64,000 bases of DNA from Amoebophrya sp. A120 (lineage: Eukaryota > Protista > Dinoflagellata): positions 7,556,989 through 7,620,988 of the forward strand of contig CAJINV010000005.1 in NCBI GenBank assembly GCA_905178155.1, read 5' to 3'. Shown here one piece after another: positions 23,601-35,551 of this stretch. Position 1 is the stretch's first letter. Each line of letters opens with the position of its first letter. Below the pieces are notes generated by a model. That model saw only the letters and a list, made by a program, of their open reading frames with translations. It was not told the DNA's origin and ran no database searches. A program made the translations under genes and the position numbers.

Positions 23601-26288
23601 CCGCCAGCGGACCCGAAAGTACAGTAGATATTTTCGCCGCGGCTGGTGCGGTAGAAGACAGGTTGGGCCAACGAGGTGGAGCGGGGGTTGCTGGTTCTAG
23701 AGCAACAAGGCCTGATGTTTTCACGGCGGCGCATGAAACCGCATCCTCATCCTTCACAGGAGCGCCTGGCTCTGGCTTCGCAACTACGAGCTCCGGCTTT
23801 ACTAGTGGTGCAGCGTTTGCCTCAGGGGCGGCCTCGGGTCTTGCAACAGCAACAGATTTTGTTGCAGCGGCAACTACTGCCACAAAAGCGCTCGACGAGG
23901 ATTCTGCTGGGTTCTTTGGAGAGTTTGCCGGGTCGACGTCATCAAAAACAGCTGTTGGTGGTGCGACTCCTGCAGTTTCTGCGAGGCAACTTGTTGTGCA
24001 GGTTGAAGATGACGACGACGACGAGGACGACGGATTTGGGGATTTCACTTCAACAGATCCGGCCGCGACAGAGCCTGCTTTTCCCGAAGGTGGTGCTGGT
24101 GCAGCTGCTCTCGTTGGCGCTACACAACATGATCCTCCTCCCCCAACAATCCCCATGACCGCATCAGCGATTGCGAACAGCGACGATTTGTTTGCCGGGG
24201 CGGAGTTTGGTGGAACAGCTGCTGCTGCGACCTCTGGTACTACTACGCCGGCGCCAGGAGCGCCAGCGACGGTAAGTGTAGACGAGGGGAGCTCTGGTGA
24301 CCCGTTCGCAGCTGCTGGCGTAGTAACAACAGCGGCGGCAGCTCCACCAACACCTCCTGGAAATAATGCAAATGCGTCTTCTCCTTCTTCGCTCAGCATG
24401 ACAGCTCCTGCTGGGGTGATGTTGCCGCCCCGGCATGGAGAGTCGGCCCCACCTGTTCAGGAGAAGAGTTCACTAGGAACAGCACCACCAACAGGAGTAC
24501 CACAAGAAGGAGCACCACCACGTCCCTCATCTCTTGACCCGCCCTTCAACATTTTTAAAACCGCTGTATTTTCCCTCGCGAAACAGGAGTTACCCGACCA
24601 GATCAACAAGTTATGCGACGAATTGGTGAAAAGCTGCACAGCAGCCGCGAGTGGTAGCTCTAGCTCAGCTTTCAAGTTATCCTCCTCCTCGGACGTCAAA
24701 ACGATTTGCGACAAATTTCACACTGCAACAGAAGACGGTGATCTACTGTCGAAAACATCTCCGAGCGGAGGTGCACTACCAAACGACGACCACTCCGAGA
24801 GCGAAACGAAACCTGCACCGGTAGACGAAGACCCATTTCTCTCGCTCCTCGGTATGGGCAGCAGCGTGTCCTCTTCAAGTTCCTCGATTGGCGGGGACCC
24901 CGCACACCAGAGTGGAGGCAGCAGTAGTAGCAGCAGTAGTAGCAAAAAACCACTTGGTTCATCTCTGGAATCCGTGACGGTTGTGAAAAGCCGGTTGCCC
25001 GAGATTTATCGAAAGAGATTCGAGGAAGACCGGAGGAAGTGGTTTCGTACCACATCTACTTCCTCCCCGTCGTCGAAAGAAGACGCGGCCGCGGCCAGTA
25101 CAGCGATTCCGTCCTTGGAGCAGTGCCTACAGAAGTCACTGCCATTCTTCAACGACAGTAATGGCCGCGCAAGAACAACAGCAGAGCAAGAGGATGTGGA
25201 GGAAGCAGTGCCGGAAATTACGGTTGGACTTCTCCGGGAAATCCAAAGTCTGATCCTTCCGTTTTGCTACGAGCAACAAGTGGCGAATTTTGTCTACCTC
25301 CATTGCGCGATGAAGATGCCTGACTCGGTGCCAGACACGACCAAACCGCTGCAGAAGTTGCTGAAATTACAGAAGGACGTCGTGCTCGAAAAATCCGATA
25401 AAGAGACGCAGTCCCTGGTGAACGTGCTGGAGCACTTTGTCCAAGGTACACACGGATTAGCACTGCCATTTTCGAAGTTGTGTTGCTGCATGATTTCGCA
25501 AAGCACTTTACTATTTGACAACAAGAATTTCACTATCGATGGGCTGGTTTTGCTTTTGTACTGAAAATGAAAATCGCGTTGCGAGAAAAACATGACTGAC
25601 CCAAAACACCAAACAAACTCCTAAAACAGCCTACCCGACCCGCGAGGCTCTTCTCTCCGCAAAATCCGCATCGGAAGTCGCGGAGCAAATCGACAAACTC
25701 CGGACCTTTCTCCTCGGAATGTTGCACATGCCGGATTTGCTCTTCCGATTGCAGTTTTTCTGCACTGCTTCAAACGAAGCTGCACGGAATTCAGCATCTG
25801 AAGATCTGTTCCAAGAGTCGACAAGAACGCTGGAAAAAGTCTGCAACTTTTTGTCGGCAAACGAAGTTCTGATCAAGAAGTTCCTGACTTTGGCAGCGAA
25901 AAATCCGCCAGCTGTTCTTGCAGTGTCGACCTTGTCGCCGCCACCAGTGGCGAGTGAAGTCCGACTGTTAGAACAGGTGCTGGAGAGGGTCAGAGGAAAT
26001 GTGGACGACCTGGAAAGCAGTAAAACCAAAACTGCGGTATCGGGACAAACATCAGAGGAGAAAACTACAAGGTCTACCGCGAAGAATTACACCAGCTCGT
26101 TCCTCTCTCCCTTCCAAATTAGCAGCGTGAAGCGAATCGGGAAGTGGAACGCCTCGAGTACAATGATTTGTCACACCAGCGGAGTCAGCAATTTGCAGTT
26201 CGCCGTCGATGATCCGGCCATTGCAGCTGTAGTGTACGAGGGGAAGACACACCACGCACAGTGTTTGAATCTGGTATTGCTTCCGTGA
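20624..26288 (+). CDS. EH-domain clathrin-adaptor accessory protein (gamma-synergin/Eps15-like)
   Basis: Spliced N-terminus LSGRPAFDFLSKATNLDKTYLKQIWALSDYRGKGALNLMEFVVCLRLI is EH-like; several DDFGDF/DDWGDF/DGFGDF and DPF motifs in a disordered region. Confidence 0.82.
20725..21013. mobile_element. Introner family G
   Basis: TIR TAAAAACGTCCCCACACCAGAG; TSD GAACA. Confidence 0.92.
21097..21246. mobile_element. Introner family B (3' end CA instead of TA)
   Basis: TIR TGCAAAA.CATCG.ACGCG; TSD AAAAC; interrupts the EH domain. Confidence 0.88.
21592..21798 (+). other. Canonical GT-AG intron
   Basis: CAG|GTATTC...TTTCCTCAG|CAC with pyrimidine tract; in frame. Confidence 0.8.
22474..22611. mobile_element. 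Introner family B
   Basis: B TIR; TSD TTGCG/TTGCT. Confidence 0.92.
23314..23469. mobile_element. Introner family B
   Basis: Perfect TIR TATGCATTGCAAAAGTATCGTACT; TSD GGACG/GGAGG. Confidence 0.92.
25542..25629 (+). other. Short intron with AG acceptor; donor uncertain (possibly GG)
   Basis: Stop at 25562-25564 must be skipped; the AAAACAG acceptor at 25629 needs a phase-1 donor and no nearby GT is in that phase. Confidence 0.4.
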
Positions 26289-26689
26289 GGACGATGAACG
26301 ACCTACTGTGCTTATACTACAAGTGAAGACTCAGCATCCTGGTCGTGGTCAACATCGAGATAATAAGATGAAGTTGAAGATCATGAGCAACACATCGCGA
26401 TTGTCTTGGCTGTGGACCATGAAAGCAAAAAAGTGCGCGGGGATAGAACACCAATAGAAGCCGAACATCGTTGAGCTTACCCACACTCTTGTGGCAATGC
26501 AACAGGGAAAAGATGTAGCCTTACGACACTGATGAATCGGTGTTCCGCGAGAAGAAGCGCAGCGGAGTGCTGCGTCGTTTGTTTATGATAGACGAACTAA
26601 CGCAAACGCCCCAAGTTCTCCATCCAAGTCTCGAACCCCCTAGCTTTTTCGGAGTAGTAATAGACTGAAATAGCGAAGCCCTTTCGTAA

Positions 26690-28200
26690 AGTAGGCCGCC
26701 GCTTCGAAGCCAAAGAAAACCGAAACAGCGAGCCCCTTGAGGACCTTGCCCGGGAAGAGCAAGCGGCCCGCGTGGGCCACCAACCGGGCGCGGGTTCTCG
26801 GCGCTGATTGGTTTGCGACGCCGTCGCGCCCAGGGCGGCGCGCCGTGCCGTTTGGCCTCGCTCGGTGCCTGCGGCCCGGGGCCGCGCTTCGTTTCCACCC
26901 ACCGGGCGGCCCGGGCCTCTTGGTTGTCCGCCGGCCGGCCGGGCTCGTCCGCCCCCCGGGCAAATTCACGCTGTATACGCCTGCGGGAATTCAGGGCAGT
27001 CGTATGCCCGGGATCAAGGTCGTAGCGGGGCAGGTAGCGACAAAGAGAGGCAGCGGGCGCGGGGGCTTTCGGGCTGCCCCCTTCTGAAGGAGGCGGCCAT
27101 CGTGTTCGACAAAGGAGGCGGCCCCGGGGGCTTTCGGGTTGCAAAAAGCGCAGGCGGGGCAGGAGATAAGGGGAGAAGCCGCGGCCGGGTTGCGCGCCAG
27201 AATGAAACAAGAAAGCCTGCCTGCCCGCCGAGGCAGGGGCGGGCGCCCCCTCTGTCAGCCGGACACAGGGCAGACGGATCGGAAGCTAGTGCCGCGCCCG
27301 CGCGCCTTGTGCGGCGCGCCCGGGCGTGCTTTTTGCCCCGGGCCCTACGGGCGCGGCCGGCCCCATGCCTTTTGGGCGAAAAAGGGGCCGGGGCCACCCG
27401 CACCACCGAGGCGCCTGCCGGCAAAAGCCGCGCCGCCCGTCTGGCGATGCGCGCCCGCCCGGCGGGCCCGGGGCGCGCGGCGGGGCCGTCTGGATGAATC
27501 CAGAAGAACGGGGGGCCCGGCCGGCTCCCTGCTTCCGGGCGAAGAATTTAAGGAGAGCGGCGACGTGCGCCGCCCGCAATCCTTCGCCCCATTCCAAGCA
27601 GGACAGTGAGGCGCAGGGGCGCCCGCCGCCCGCGCCCCGGCCCGCCTCCCTCTCTGTTTCTCTTGCCCGCCTCCGCCGGGAGCCGGGCCCGCCCGCCGGC
27701 CTGCCAAGGAAGGCAGGGGGGCGCGCACATTTCCGCCCGCCTCGTGCCCCATTGGGTGCCCGGAGTGGCTCTGCTCGATTGCGCAGGCCCCTTGGCTTGT
27801 GGTTGCGTGCCATCGTGTGAGCATGGCAGGCCCGCCCAAGGCAGGGCTCGCCGGGCGGCCGCGCCATCGCTCCCAAGCACCCTCGGCCCGCCGGGCCACG
27901 CCCTCGCTCCGGGCGGGGGGACAGGGGGGGCGGCTTCATTGGGGTCGGCCGCGGTCGGTGTGTTCCTCCCAGCCACCCTGCAGAAAATGTTAGTTTGTGC
28001 GTAGGGGCATATGTAGGCGCGTCGCGCGTCTTTCTCGGTTGGCCTGCAGGGCCCGGCCGCCGGGCGGGCGTCGGGTTGCGGCCACCTTTTTTGTGTCACT
28101 GCATGTGCGCATTGCTCGCGCCCGCGGTGCTTGTCATCGGGGGAAAGTTGTTGTGATTGACGGCGAGACAGGAGGCGAGCAGGCCTGCCATAACACATAA
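26690..28200. other. Anomalous very GC-rich block with G/C homopolymer runs
   Basis: Abrupt composition shift; only Arg/Gly/Pro/Ala-rich spurious ORFs. Confidence 0.7.
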
Positions 28201-28530
28201 ATATAAATGTTAAATGGCGTGGAGATGTTTTTCCCTGCCGATTGCTTTTGTGCGTCGTGGTTAGGTTCGTTGTTCCCTTTGTGTTGTCTCTTCGCAGTGA
28301 GGAACCCCCTCGTTGTTGACATGAATTCTACCGGGGGCGGGCCGATACAGCCGTTGGTATGTTGCCTGAAGAGAGCGCGCTACGGAATTTCAGTGCAGGC
28401 TTCTATTTTCCTTATTTCTTTGCATCTACATCTTCCACATTACAATAAGCGCACCAATCATAAGTAGCGCGTCAGTATTAGGTCGTCTCTTTGTTGTACG
28501 TCTACTTACCACAATTTCCACTGCATGAAG

Positions 28531-31426
28531 ATGGCAAAACTTCTGCGTTGTGCCTTCGCCCTAGCCCCCGCTCAGCTCCAGTTCCTCCACTTTCTCCTAC
28601 AAGAGCCCACTTACTTCGCCCGAGCCTCGCTGCTCTACGGCTTCCCTGGAGACTCGTTTTTTTCCCGGAGCGCCTCCCCCGCTTCTGGGTCGACGTCCCT
28701 GCAGCTCCCGCGGCTGCGCCTCGGGGGCCGCAGCCCGCGCCGGCAAGAAACAAACAGCCAACCCGCAAGCCCCCGCACGTCACGAGCGGTGGAGCGGGGC
28801 CTAGAAGTGGAAGAAACAACAGTTGCGACAAGAAGCCCTCCTGAAGATCAACCTGCTAGAGCTGCTGGTGGCGCACCAGCCACAGGCGCAGCACATTTTC
28901 ACGACGGGCCGTCGCCCCGCGCGCGGCACTCCTGGACGGAGACGTATTGCCCAGACTGCCACCGCCTGTTTTGGGCCTGGCAACCGGATCAAAATGGAAC
29001 AAGCAGAAGTGGCGCCGTCACAATTACAGAAGAAACTCCGAGCAGGCAGTTCTCGACTAGTACTACACCACGGCGAAACCACTCCGAAGATTTGTCCTCC
29101 CGGCGCACAGAGAGTTACGAAGACGCATTTGCGCGGGCTGTGCTACTTGGGACGTCGAGGAGAGGGAGAAGTGAGCAAAATCAGCAGGCACAGCCACACG
29201 CATACCAGAGTGGGGCAACGAGTAACAGCAATTACAACATCTCCTCCTACTTGTCCTCCCGGCCAGCCAGAGCAGCTGCTCCTGTATCGCACGAAAAAAC
29301 TGCTTCACTGTTGTAAACCTGTACTACTAGCGCATAAAATTCAAATTGCCAACACAGGAGTTTTTGTCTTGCTACAGCACATGCAAATCTTACAAAATGC
29401 TTATACGTTGATGATCTTGATGAAACAGTTTCTTTCCTACGATACCCTGGTGAACAACAAGAAGAGCACTCTGAATTACCCGCCGCCTCCGCCTCCAGGA
29501 GCGCTGCAGCTAGCAGCACAACCACAGTAAACAGCTGGCCCTCTTCCGTCGCCTCATTTCCTCCGCTCTTGCGTCAGCTGTCCAGCAGCAGCGGACCTGC
29601 AACCGGTGCAGCTGGTGGAGCTCCTTCTACCGGAACTAGAGAACTATTTGTTCCGCATCTATCAAATGTAAAAATGTCTGGGTCTGGAAACTTGTGATGC
29701 TGGGTGGCGTCTCATCATGAGGCCACAAATGCTGGCTCAGCATGACAAGTTTCTGAGCTTCTAGGTGTTGCCTATTCTGCATGACAAACTGCGTTCCCGC
29801 ATCACAGAAAAATGGAGCTCTTGGGTAACGTGCATGACAGATTTAAGCGTCATGCCAGGCAAGCATGACAAACATGCATTCTTCCAGACCCAGACACTTT
29901 TGCATTTGATAGCATCGGCCGCAAAGCCAAACGCCCCGGGTTCACCTGCAGCTCGCAGATCAGTACGCCGTGAATGGAACGACAGTAAGCAATCTTCATA
30001 GAGGCAGGGTCGTGAATGAAGGCGCGTCTCTACGTCTTCCTTCCACGGGCTTAGTTGGAGGTGAAGATGAGTCAGGCTTAGGTGCAACTGGCTCGTCCGA
30101 AGTTGACGCTACGATCCAACAAGGAGCAGCCGCAGCTGGCTCCCCACAAAGTAGAATTCCTGCACCTATTTCATCTGCGCGCACCTCCGCAACTACCTCT
30201 TCTTCCGGCGATAGTCTCGCAGCCCAAGCCGGGCGCAACATCCTCCGGGCCGGTGCTGTTTCGTTAAACCTGGTTGCCGGCGGGATGATTCCCGGCGCGC
30301 AAGTCGGCGTGACGATGTTGCGCCGGGCGGGCGAACACTTTGCGTCTGCTGCAGGTTCTTCTGGGGTGGACCAGGCGGTCGCCGGGGGATTAGAAGCAAG
30401 TCGAGACGCGGGACGCTCTTATCCAAGAAGAGGTGGAGACACAGCCACAGGTACTTCTAGAATGACCGTCGCAGAACTTGCCGCCGCTACAGTCCGAGAT
30501 TTAGCACGGAATGACCCTCGGTTTCTGGCTGCCACCTTTTCGACTTTCACGAGACAGGAACGGGACAGCATTTTGGCTGCAGCTAGTGGAACCACAACTT
30601 CTGCGGGTCGTTCTGTTGGGGTCAATGCAGGTTATGAACTGCAGAAGTTGAAGTATCGTACTAGCAGTAATTGCAATACAAATTAGCTCAGCATGACGAA
30701 TGGAATTTGTCATGCTGTTTTGCCTTGGGATGGACATGGAGATTTGTAATGCATGACTGCGATTGCTTTTACTACGAGCGCGATGCTTTTGCACAGGATA
30801 CAGGTATTTTGCCAACGACTTCTCCTTCTCCACGAGGGGGCAACTCCGGTAGCAGCTCGACACCAGGATCGTATGGCAGTTGGCGGACGACCTCCGCGGT
30901 GGACCACAGTCCATACAGAAGTGCGCCGTCGTCCGGAGCAGCAGGCCCGGCATCCACGATCCTTGGCAATTACAACGTCGGGGGCCGGTACAATGATGGT
31001 GGAAATTACAACAGAAGACAGTATCATTTACATATGGGACGAACTACACCAGCAGGAACGACCAGTAATTCGAATCCTCATGCGGCCTCGACAAGCAGTA
31101 CAAGCAGTGGCCAAAGCGCGTCATCCCCCCCGCGCGGGACGAGCGGCGCAACGACAATTCGGGCGGGAACACCAGCAGCTGCAAGAATTAATACAGGAAG
31201 TACTACTAGCAGAGCTGTTGCTGTTAGAAATAGAAACTCGTACCCGGAGCAATATTGCCCGCAATGCCAGGGGAGAAGGACAGCGGCACGGAATGCTGTG
31301 GAGCTTGCGCGACAACGACACTCCCAAATGTTGGAATGTGATGAGCCACAAGGCATCAGTGGTGCAAGTGAAGAAGCTGACCAAGCCACTGGAGAACCAC
31401 CAGCAGAGCACCAGCAACATAATTAA
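28531..31426 (+). CDS. Hypothetical low-complexity protein with hydrophobic N-terminus and YCPxC motifs
   Basis: ORF segments joined across two introners; junction near 29313-29377 unresolved; YCPDC and YCPQC motifs. Confidence 0.55.
29660..29911. mobile_element. Introner family D (D1, reversed, 252 bp)
   Basis: D TIR; TSD GCATC; reverse complement of the 14512/55703 copies. Confidence 0.94.
30633..30800. mobile_element. Introner family B
   Basis: B TIR; TSD CAGGT (GT-AG compatible). Confidence 0.9.
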
Positions 31427-31798
31427 TTGAAGATTTATGATGACAGCACATGTTTGTTTGTTTGTAGACATGCGGTAAGGTGGAAACGCGTCTACTCACC
31501 TTTTTTTCCCTAGCGCTACTTCAATAAAAATCCCTTTACGCAAAGATGCTTGAAAAAATCCTTAGGGGCTGCTACCGGTAGTGTGCGACTTGCTTTAAAA
31601 ATAATTATACGGCCTGCTGGAAAGTGGTACTCTTATAAAACGCCAAACTCCGTTGTAAATCTGTTGCGAATTTCCGTTGAAAAAAGGCTACTTCTTGGAC
31701 CACTTCTACCTTGTTTAGGAAGATCCCGACATTTTGATCGTTCTGCTTTTGTTTTTCTTTTTAGCTCACTGTAAAGCTTTTAGATCGCCATAAGCTTC

Positions 31799-34700
31799 CA
31801 AGTAAAGTTCTCAACTAACATTTCTCAACTAACATAGACCGGACCCTTTTGCAGAGCATCACTCTTTAACCGCGCTGCGGCCTCGTCCATCGGACCACCA
31901 CTGGTGCCGTATTGCCGGGAAGGGGCCGGTGAGTGGTGCGAGGGCGTCGTTGGCATCCACTAGGGCCCTCGCGACTTGGTTCGGTTTGTCGCGGCACTCC
32001 TCCATGTGCCCGAGGTCCCAGGAGCGGAAGAATGACTGCGTGATCGGGCACTCATGCACGAAGTGCGCCGTAGTCGCTTTCCCCTGCCCACATAGGGCAC
32101 AGTCGAGGTCTTCTCCACTCGGCTGCGCCGCCAACAACCCAAAGCGCAGGGCGTAATACATGGTCTGGCCAACGCGGCCGCCGGCGTCGGTCACCAGATC
32201 ACGCCCCCATCCCCCTGCTTCCTGGAGCGTTTGCGCTGTTTTGCTCTTTGTCTTTTCGTCCCGTTGCCGTTCGGCCAGGTTCCGGCGGGCTTCGTTCCGC
32301 ACGTAGCGGCGGGCCTCCGTCTTGAACTGCTTGCGCGTGATCGGTTCGCCCTCTTCCTGCAGGTCGCTGCGGTTGGCGTACCCCGCGAGGTGGTCGGCGA
32401 CCACGTTCCCCGCGATGCCGGAGTGCCCTGGCACATACCGGACGACCAGCTTGGCGCAGCTTTGCAGCGCGTCCGCTGCAGCCGTGTAGACCTCGGTGTC
32501 CAGGTCGTCCCGCAGTCTCGGACTGAGCAACGCCCGCACGTTGGCCTGGCTGTCCGTGCAGATCGTCACCTGCTCGCTTTTCAGCGCGTGGCGTGCCACC
32601 GCTCGGAAGGCTGCGATGAGCGCCATGCGTTCGGTTTCGTACGAATCCGCGTGGAGCCCGATGGGCCACGCCGCCCCACACTGGATGCCGAACCCATGCA
32701 GAAAGACGCCACAAGACCCGGCAAAGTCTTTGGCCGACCCGTCACAATACAGCACCAGGCTGGACTCCCGAAGGGTGTCCACCAGCGCCGGCGTGCCTTC
32801 GTTTTGCCACGTCGCCTGGAAGCGGCCCTGTTCCTCTGCTTCGTGGAGGACGGACCACCCGCGTCCTGCTCTTGCGCCGATCTCGGGGAGAACGGACGAT
32901 TCCGCGACGTTAGAGTCGTCGATCACTTGCAAGCCGGTTTCTAGCCAGTCCACGCTCGAGGTGTTCGCTACCTCCCTCAAAGCGTCCCCGGGCGGTCGTG
33001 AGAAAGCACGGGCCGTGAGCGCCGTACTTTCCACCTGGTAGAGCTCCGGGAGCGACAAAAGGCCGGCCGTCATGAGTGCGCAGGCGCGGTTCACCTGTCT
33101 AAACTTCGGAAAGCCCAGCACTTCTTTGGCCCCCTCCAGCTGGAAACTGTTCAGGGCGGCCGCCTCTTTCGCCCCGAGCCCGCTCCAGTATGTTGTTAGC
33201 CCATACGTGAGGACGCTTTCGCAGAATAACTGGTAAAAAGCCCGGACGGACTTCGACCCGGCGCCCAACGCTCGTGATAGGATGCGCACTGCCGCCATTC
33301 GCTTGGTGAGGGTTTCGGATATGACTTCAAAGTGCCGACAGAGTGTCAGCTTGCGATCAAACCACACACCGAGGAAGCGCGGGTGGGGGTCGTAGACGAG
33401 CTTTTCCCCGTCGTGGTGCAAGGCGAGTTCATCCAAGTCGCACGCAAACTCGTTCTGGAAGACGATATACGAGCACTTCCCGGGGGCAAGCTGCATATTG
33501 CTTCGGCTGCAGAAGTCGGCGACCACGTCCAGGGCGGCCTGGAGTAGTTTCTGCGCCTCCCCTGTCTCCCCGGACCCGTGCTCTAGCGTGAGCGCCAAGT
33601 CGTCCACGTACGCGAGGACTTGCACTCGTGGGCACTTCTTCTGCAGCTCTCGGAGCAGAATGTCGGCGAAACTGCACCAGACCAGCGGGCCGAGGCACGT
33701 GCCTTGCGGGACCCCCTGGCGCAGCGGGACGGCCTGGGAGGTCTCGTCGTTGAACCTCACCACTCGGCGGCGGTTGGTGACGAAGGAGCAGATCCACCGC
33801 GTGAGCAGCAGGAGCTCCTGTTTTCGTGCCGGGTCTTTAAACTCGTGCCGCCGCTCCAGTAGTCCGTTGAGGAACAGCGGCGGGCAAACACGCTCGAAGG
33901 CCGAACTCAAGTCCAGGAAGCACGTCGCCCTCCGGCGATTCTTGCGCAGGGTGTCGGAGGCCAGGGCCCCCAGCGTTGCCGTGTGGTCCGTCGCGCTTCT
34001 TGCGGGTGTGTCCCCGTACTGGTTCTTGCTGTACAGCGGGGCGCCTTCCGCCTGGAAGGTTAGCCGCAGGCGCCGCAGCACTGTGCGTTCCCAGACTTTC
34101 CCCAAGCACGACGTCAGGGCCACCGGCCGGAGGGATTTGGGTAGGTCCGCGGCACGGCCGGGCTTTGGTACTGGTACGCAGACTTCTAGCCGCATGACCT
34201 CCGGCGTCACGCCTTCGGTGACCCCTTGCTCGAAGGTTGCGCGCAAGAGCTGCTTGCCCTGTTGCGGGAGGTTTTTCAGCAGCACCCCGTGGATGCTGTC
34301 TGGCCCGGGAGCCCCGCCCGGCTTTTGGCCCCGTAGAGCGAACTCCACGTCATCCAGCTCCAAGCGCAGCGCTGTGCTCGGCGCTAGCTCTTCCGCTAGT
34401 GTGTGCTGGTATTGGTCCCAGGCCACTCGCTCTGCCCCGGGGTCCAGCACCGGGTGGGACCCGTAGAAATGCGCCAAGACACATGCGAGCTTTTTGAACA
34501 CCAGCTTCCCGGCGTATCGCAGCGCTGTGGTCTGCTGCTTCGGCGGCGGCCGCCCTTCTAGTTCCCGCAAAAGCCGGAAGGCCCCGCTGGTTGTCTGCTC
34601 CGCTTGCTCGAGCTTTTGCCCGAACTCGTCGTCCCTCCTGCTGGCCTCGGCGTTTGCTACACGCGCCGTCGCGCGCCGTAACGCGGTGCGCCAGTACAGT

Positions 34701-35551
34701 CGCTCCGCCGGCGGTGCGAAGGCCACGCGCTTCATGCACTCTCCCCGCTCTTTCAGTGCAAGATCTAGCTCCGTGCCTGTTTGCCACCGCGGCTGCCTGT
34801 GTCTCTTTCTCGTGACATTGCTGCGCGGGATAGACCTGTGCGCGGTGGCTTGTATCGCAGCGCGGATGTGTGCGAACTTGTCCTCGACCGACGGTGGTGC
34901 CGGGTGGTCCCGGAGAAAGGTGCGCATGTCTGCGCGGTACAAGTCCCAGTCCGCCCGATTGAAGTTCAAGCGCGTGCGCCTCTTCGTTGTGGGGAGTGGT
35001 TCCTGCCACAAGTCCGGGCTCCACGGAGCTACCGTTGGGTCCGCCGGGAGGGCCACTACCGCCCCGGGGGCCGGCGCAGGTGGCGTTTTTGTGCTTGGTG
35101 TCGGGACCGGTGTGGGGCCGCCAAATGAAGGTACTATCGGCGCCAGCCCGGAGACTGCGGCAACTAGCAACCCCAGCCCCGGCAAGACCGGCAGTCGCTT
35201 CTCCCCTGTGTTGCTCTGCGCGTCCGCGCTGTGCTTGTTCGCGTGCTGGGCCCGAAGGCGCTCGAACTTCTCCTTGCGGAGAACCTTCTTTTGCCTCCCG
35301 GTGAGATTTACTTTCCCACCACCTCCTGCTGCTCCCTGTGTTTCGAAACTGGCGTCCTGTGTGCTCCGGAGGCCTTGGTTGGCCTTCTGCCCCGAGCCGG
35401 TAGCGCGCCTTGTCTTCTTGCTGTCAGTCTCTCGACTGTTCATTGCGGAAGTAGTGCGTCGTGTTCAAGGTAGGGAAGATACTCGGTCGATCAAATAGTC
35501 GATTTGCCCGAGGCTTCGTTGGAATTGCATATCTTCAGCTTCCTCAGAGCA
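31799..35551 (-). mobile_element. Non-LTR retrotransposon (RT + RNase H; I/Ingi-like)
   Basis: Single ORF; candidate TSD ATAAGCTTC at 31790-31798 and 35552-35560; 3' tandem repeat (TTCTCAACTAACAT)2 at 31808-31835 on the + strand. Confidence 0.85.
31859..35443 (-). CDS. Reverse transcriptase-RNase H polyprotein, 1194 aa
   Basis: APGPDSI, LRPVALTS, FLDLSSAF, GVPQG, YVDD, FLGVWFD; RNase H YCDGS / ERMA / TDSQ / PGHSGIAGNVVAD; C-terminal CxxC...H...C. Confidence 0.95.
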   Translation of the reverse strand: MNSRETDSKKTRRATGSGQKANQGLRSTQDASFETQGAAGGGGKVNLTGRQKKVLRKEKFERLRAQHANKHSADAQSNTGEKRLPVLPGLGLLVAAVSGLAPIVPSFGGPTPVPTPSTKTPPAPAPGAVVALPADPTVAPWSPDLWQEPLPTTKRRTRLNFNRADWDLYRADMRTFLRDHPAPPSVEDKFAHIRAAIQATAHRSIPRSNVTRKRHRQPRWQTGTELDLALKERGECMKRVAFAPPAERLYWRTALRRATARVANAEASRRDDEFGQKLEQAEQTTSGAFRLLRELEGRPPPKQQTTALRYAGKLVFKKLACVLAHFYGSHPVLDPGAERVAWDQYQHTLAEELAPSTALRLELDDVEFALRGQKPGGAPGPDSIHGVLLKNLPQQGKQLLRATFEQGVTEGVTPEVMRLEVCVPVPKPGRAADLPKSLRPVALTSCLGKVWERTVLRRLRLTFQAEGAPLYSKNQYGDTPARSATDHTATLGALASDTLRKNRRRATCFLDLSSAFERVCPPLFLNGLLERRHEFKDPARKQELLLLTRWICSFVTNRRRVVRFNDETSQAVPLRQGVPQGTCLGPLVWCSFADILLRELQKKCPRVQVLAYVDDLALTLEHGSGETGEAQKLLQAALDVVADFCSRSNMQLAPGKCSYIVFQNEFACDLDELALHHDGEKLVYDPHPRFLGVWFDRKLTLCRHFEVISETLTKRMAAVRILSRALGAGSKSVRAFYQLFCESVLTYGLTTYWSGLGAKEAAALNSFQLEGAKEVLGFPKFRQVNRACALMTAGLLSLPELYQVESTALTARAFSRPPGDALREVANTSSVDWLETGLQVIDDSNVAESSVLPEIGARAGRGWSVLHEAEEQGRFQATWQNEGTPALVDTLRESSLVLYCDGSAKDFAGSCGVFLHGFGIQCGAAWPIGLHADSYETERMALIAAFRAVARHALKSEQVTICTDSQANVRALLSPRLRDDLDTEVYTAAADALQSCAKLVVRYVPGHSGIAGNVVADHLAGYANRSDLQEEGEPITRKQFKTEARRYVRNEARRNLAERQRDEKTKSKTAQTLQEAGGWGRDLVTDAGGRVGQTMYYALRFGLLAAQPSGEDLDCALCGQGKATTAHFVHECPITQSFFRSWDLGHMEECRDKPNQVARALVDANDALAPLTGPFPAIRHQWWSDGRGRSAVKE

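Noticed and set aside
23299-24399. Long antisense ORFs (also 33498-34466, 34494-35498, 49996-50673)
   Set aside because: Shadows of real coding sequence on the opposite strand.
26521-28200. Overlapping 100-230 aa ORFs in the GC-rich block
   Set aside because: Expected from stop-codon scarcity at high GC; no motifs.
31859-35443. Retrotransposon RT as the mobiliser of the introners
   Set aside because: TIRs with fixed 5-bp TSDs and no tails point to DNA transposition; no sequence is shared with the LINE ends.
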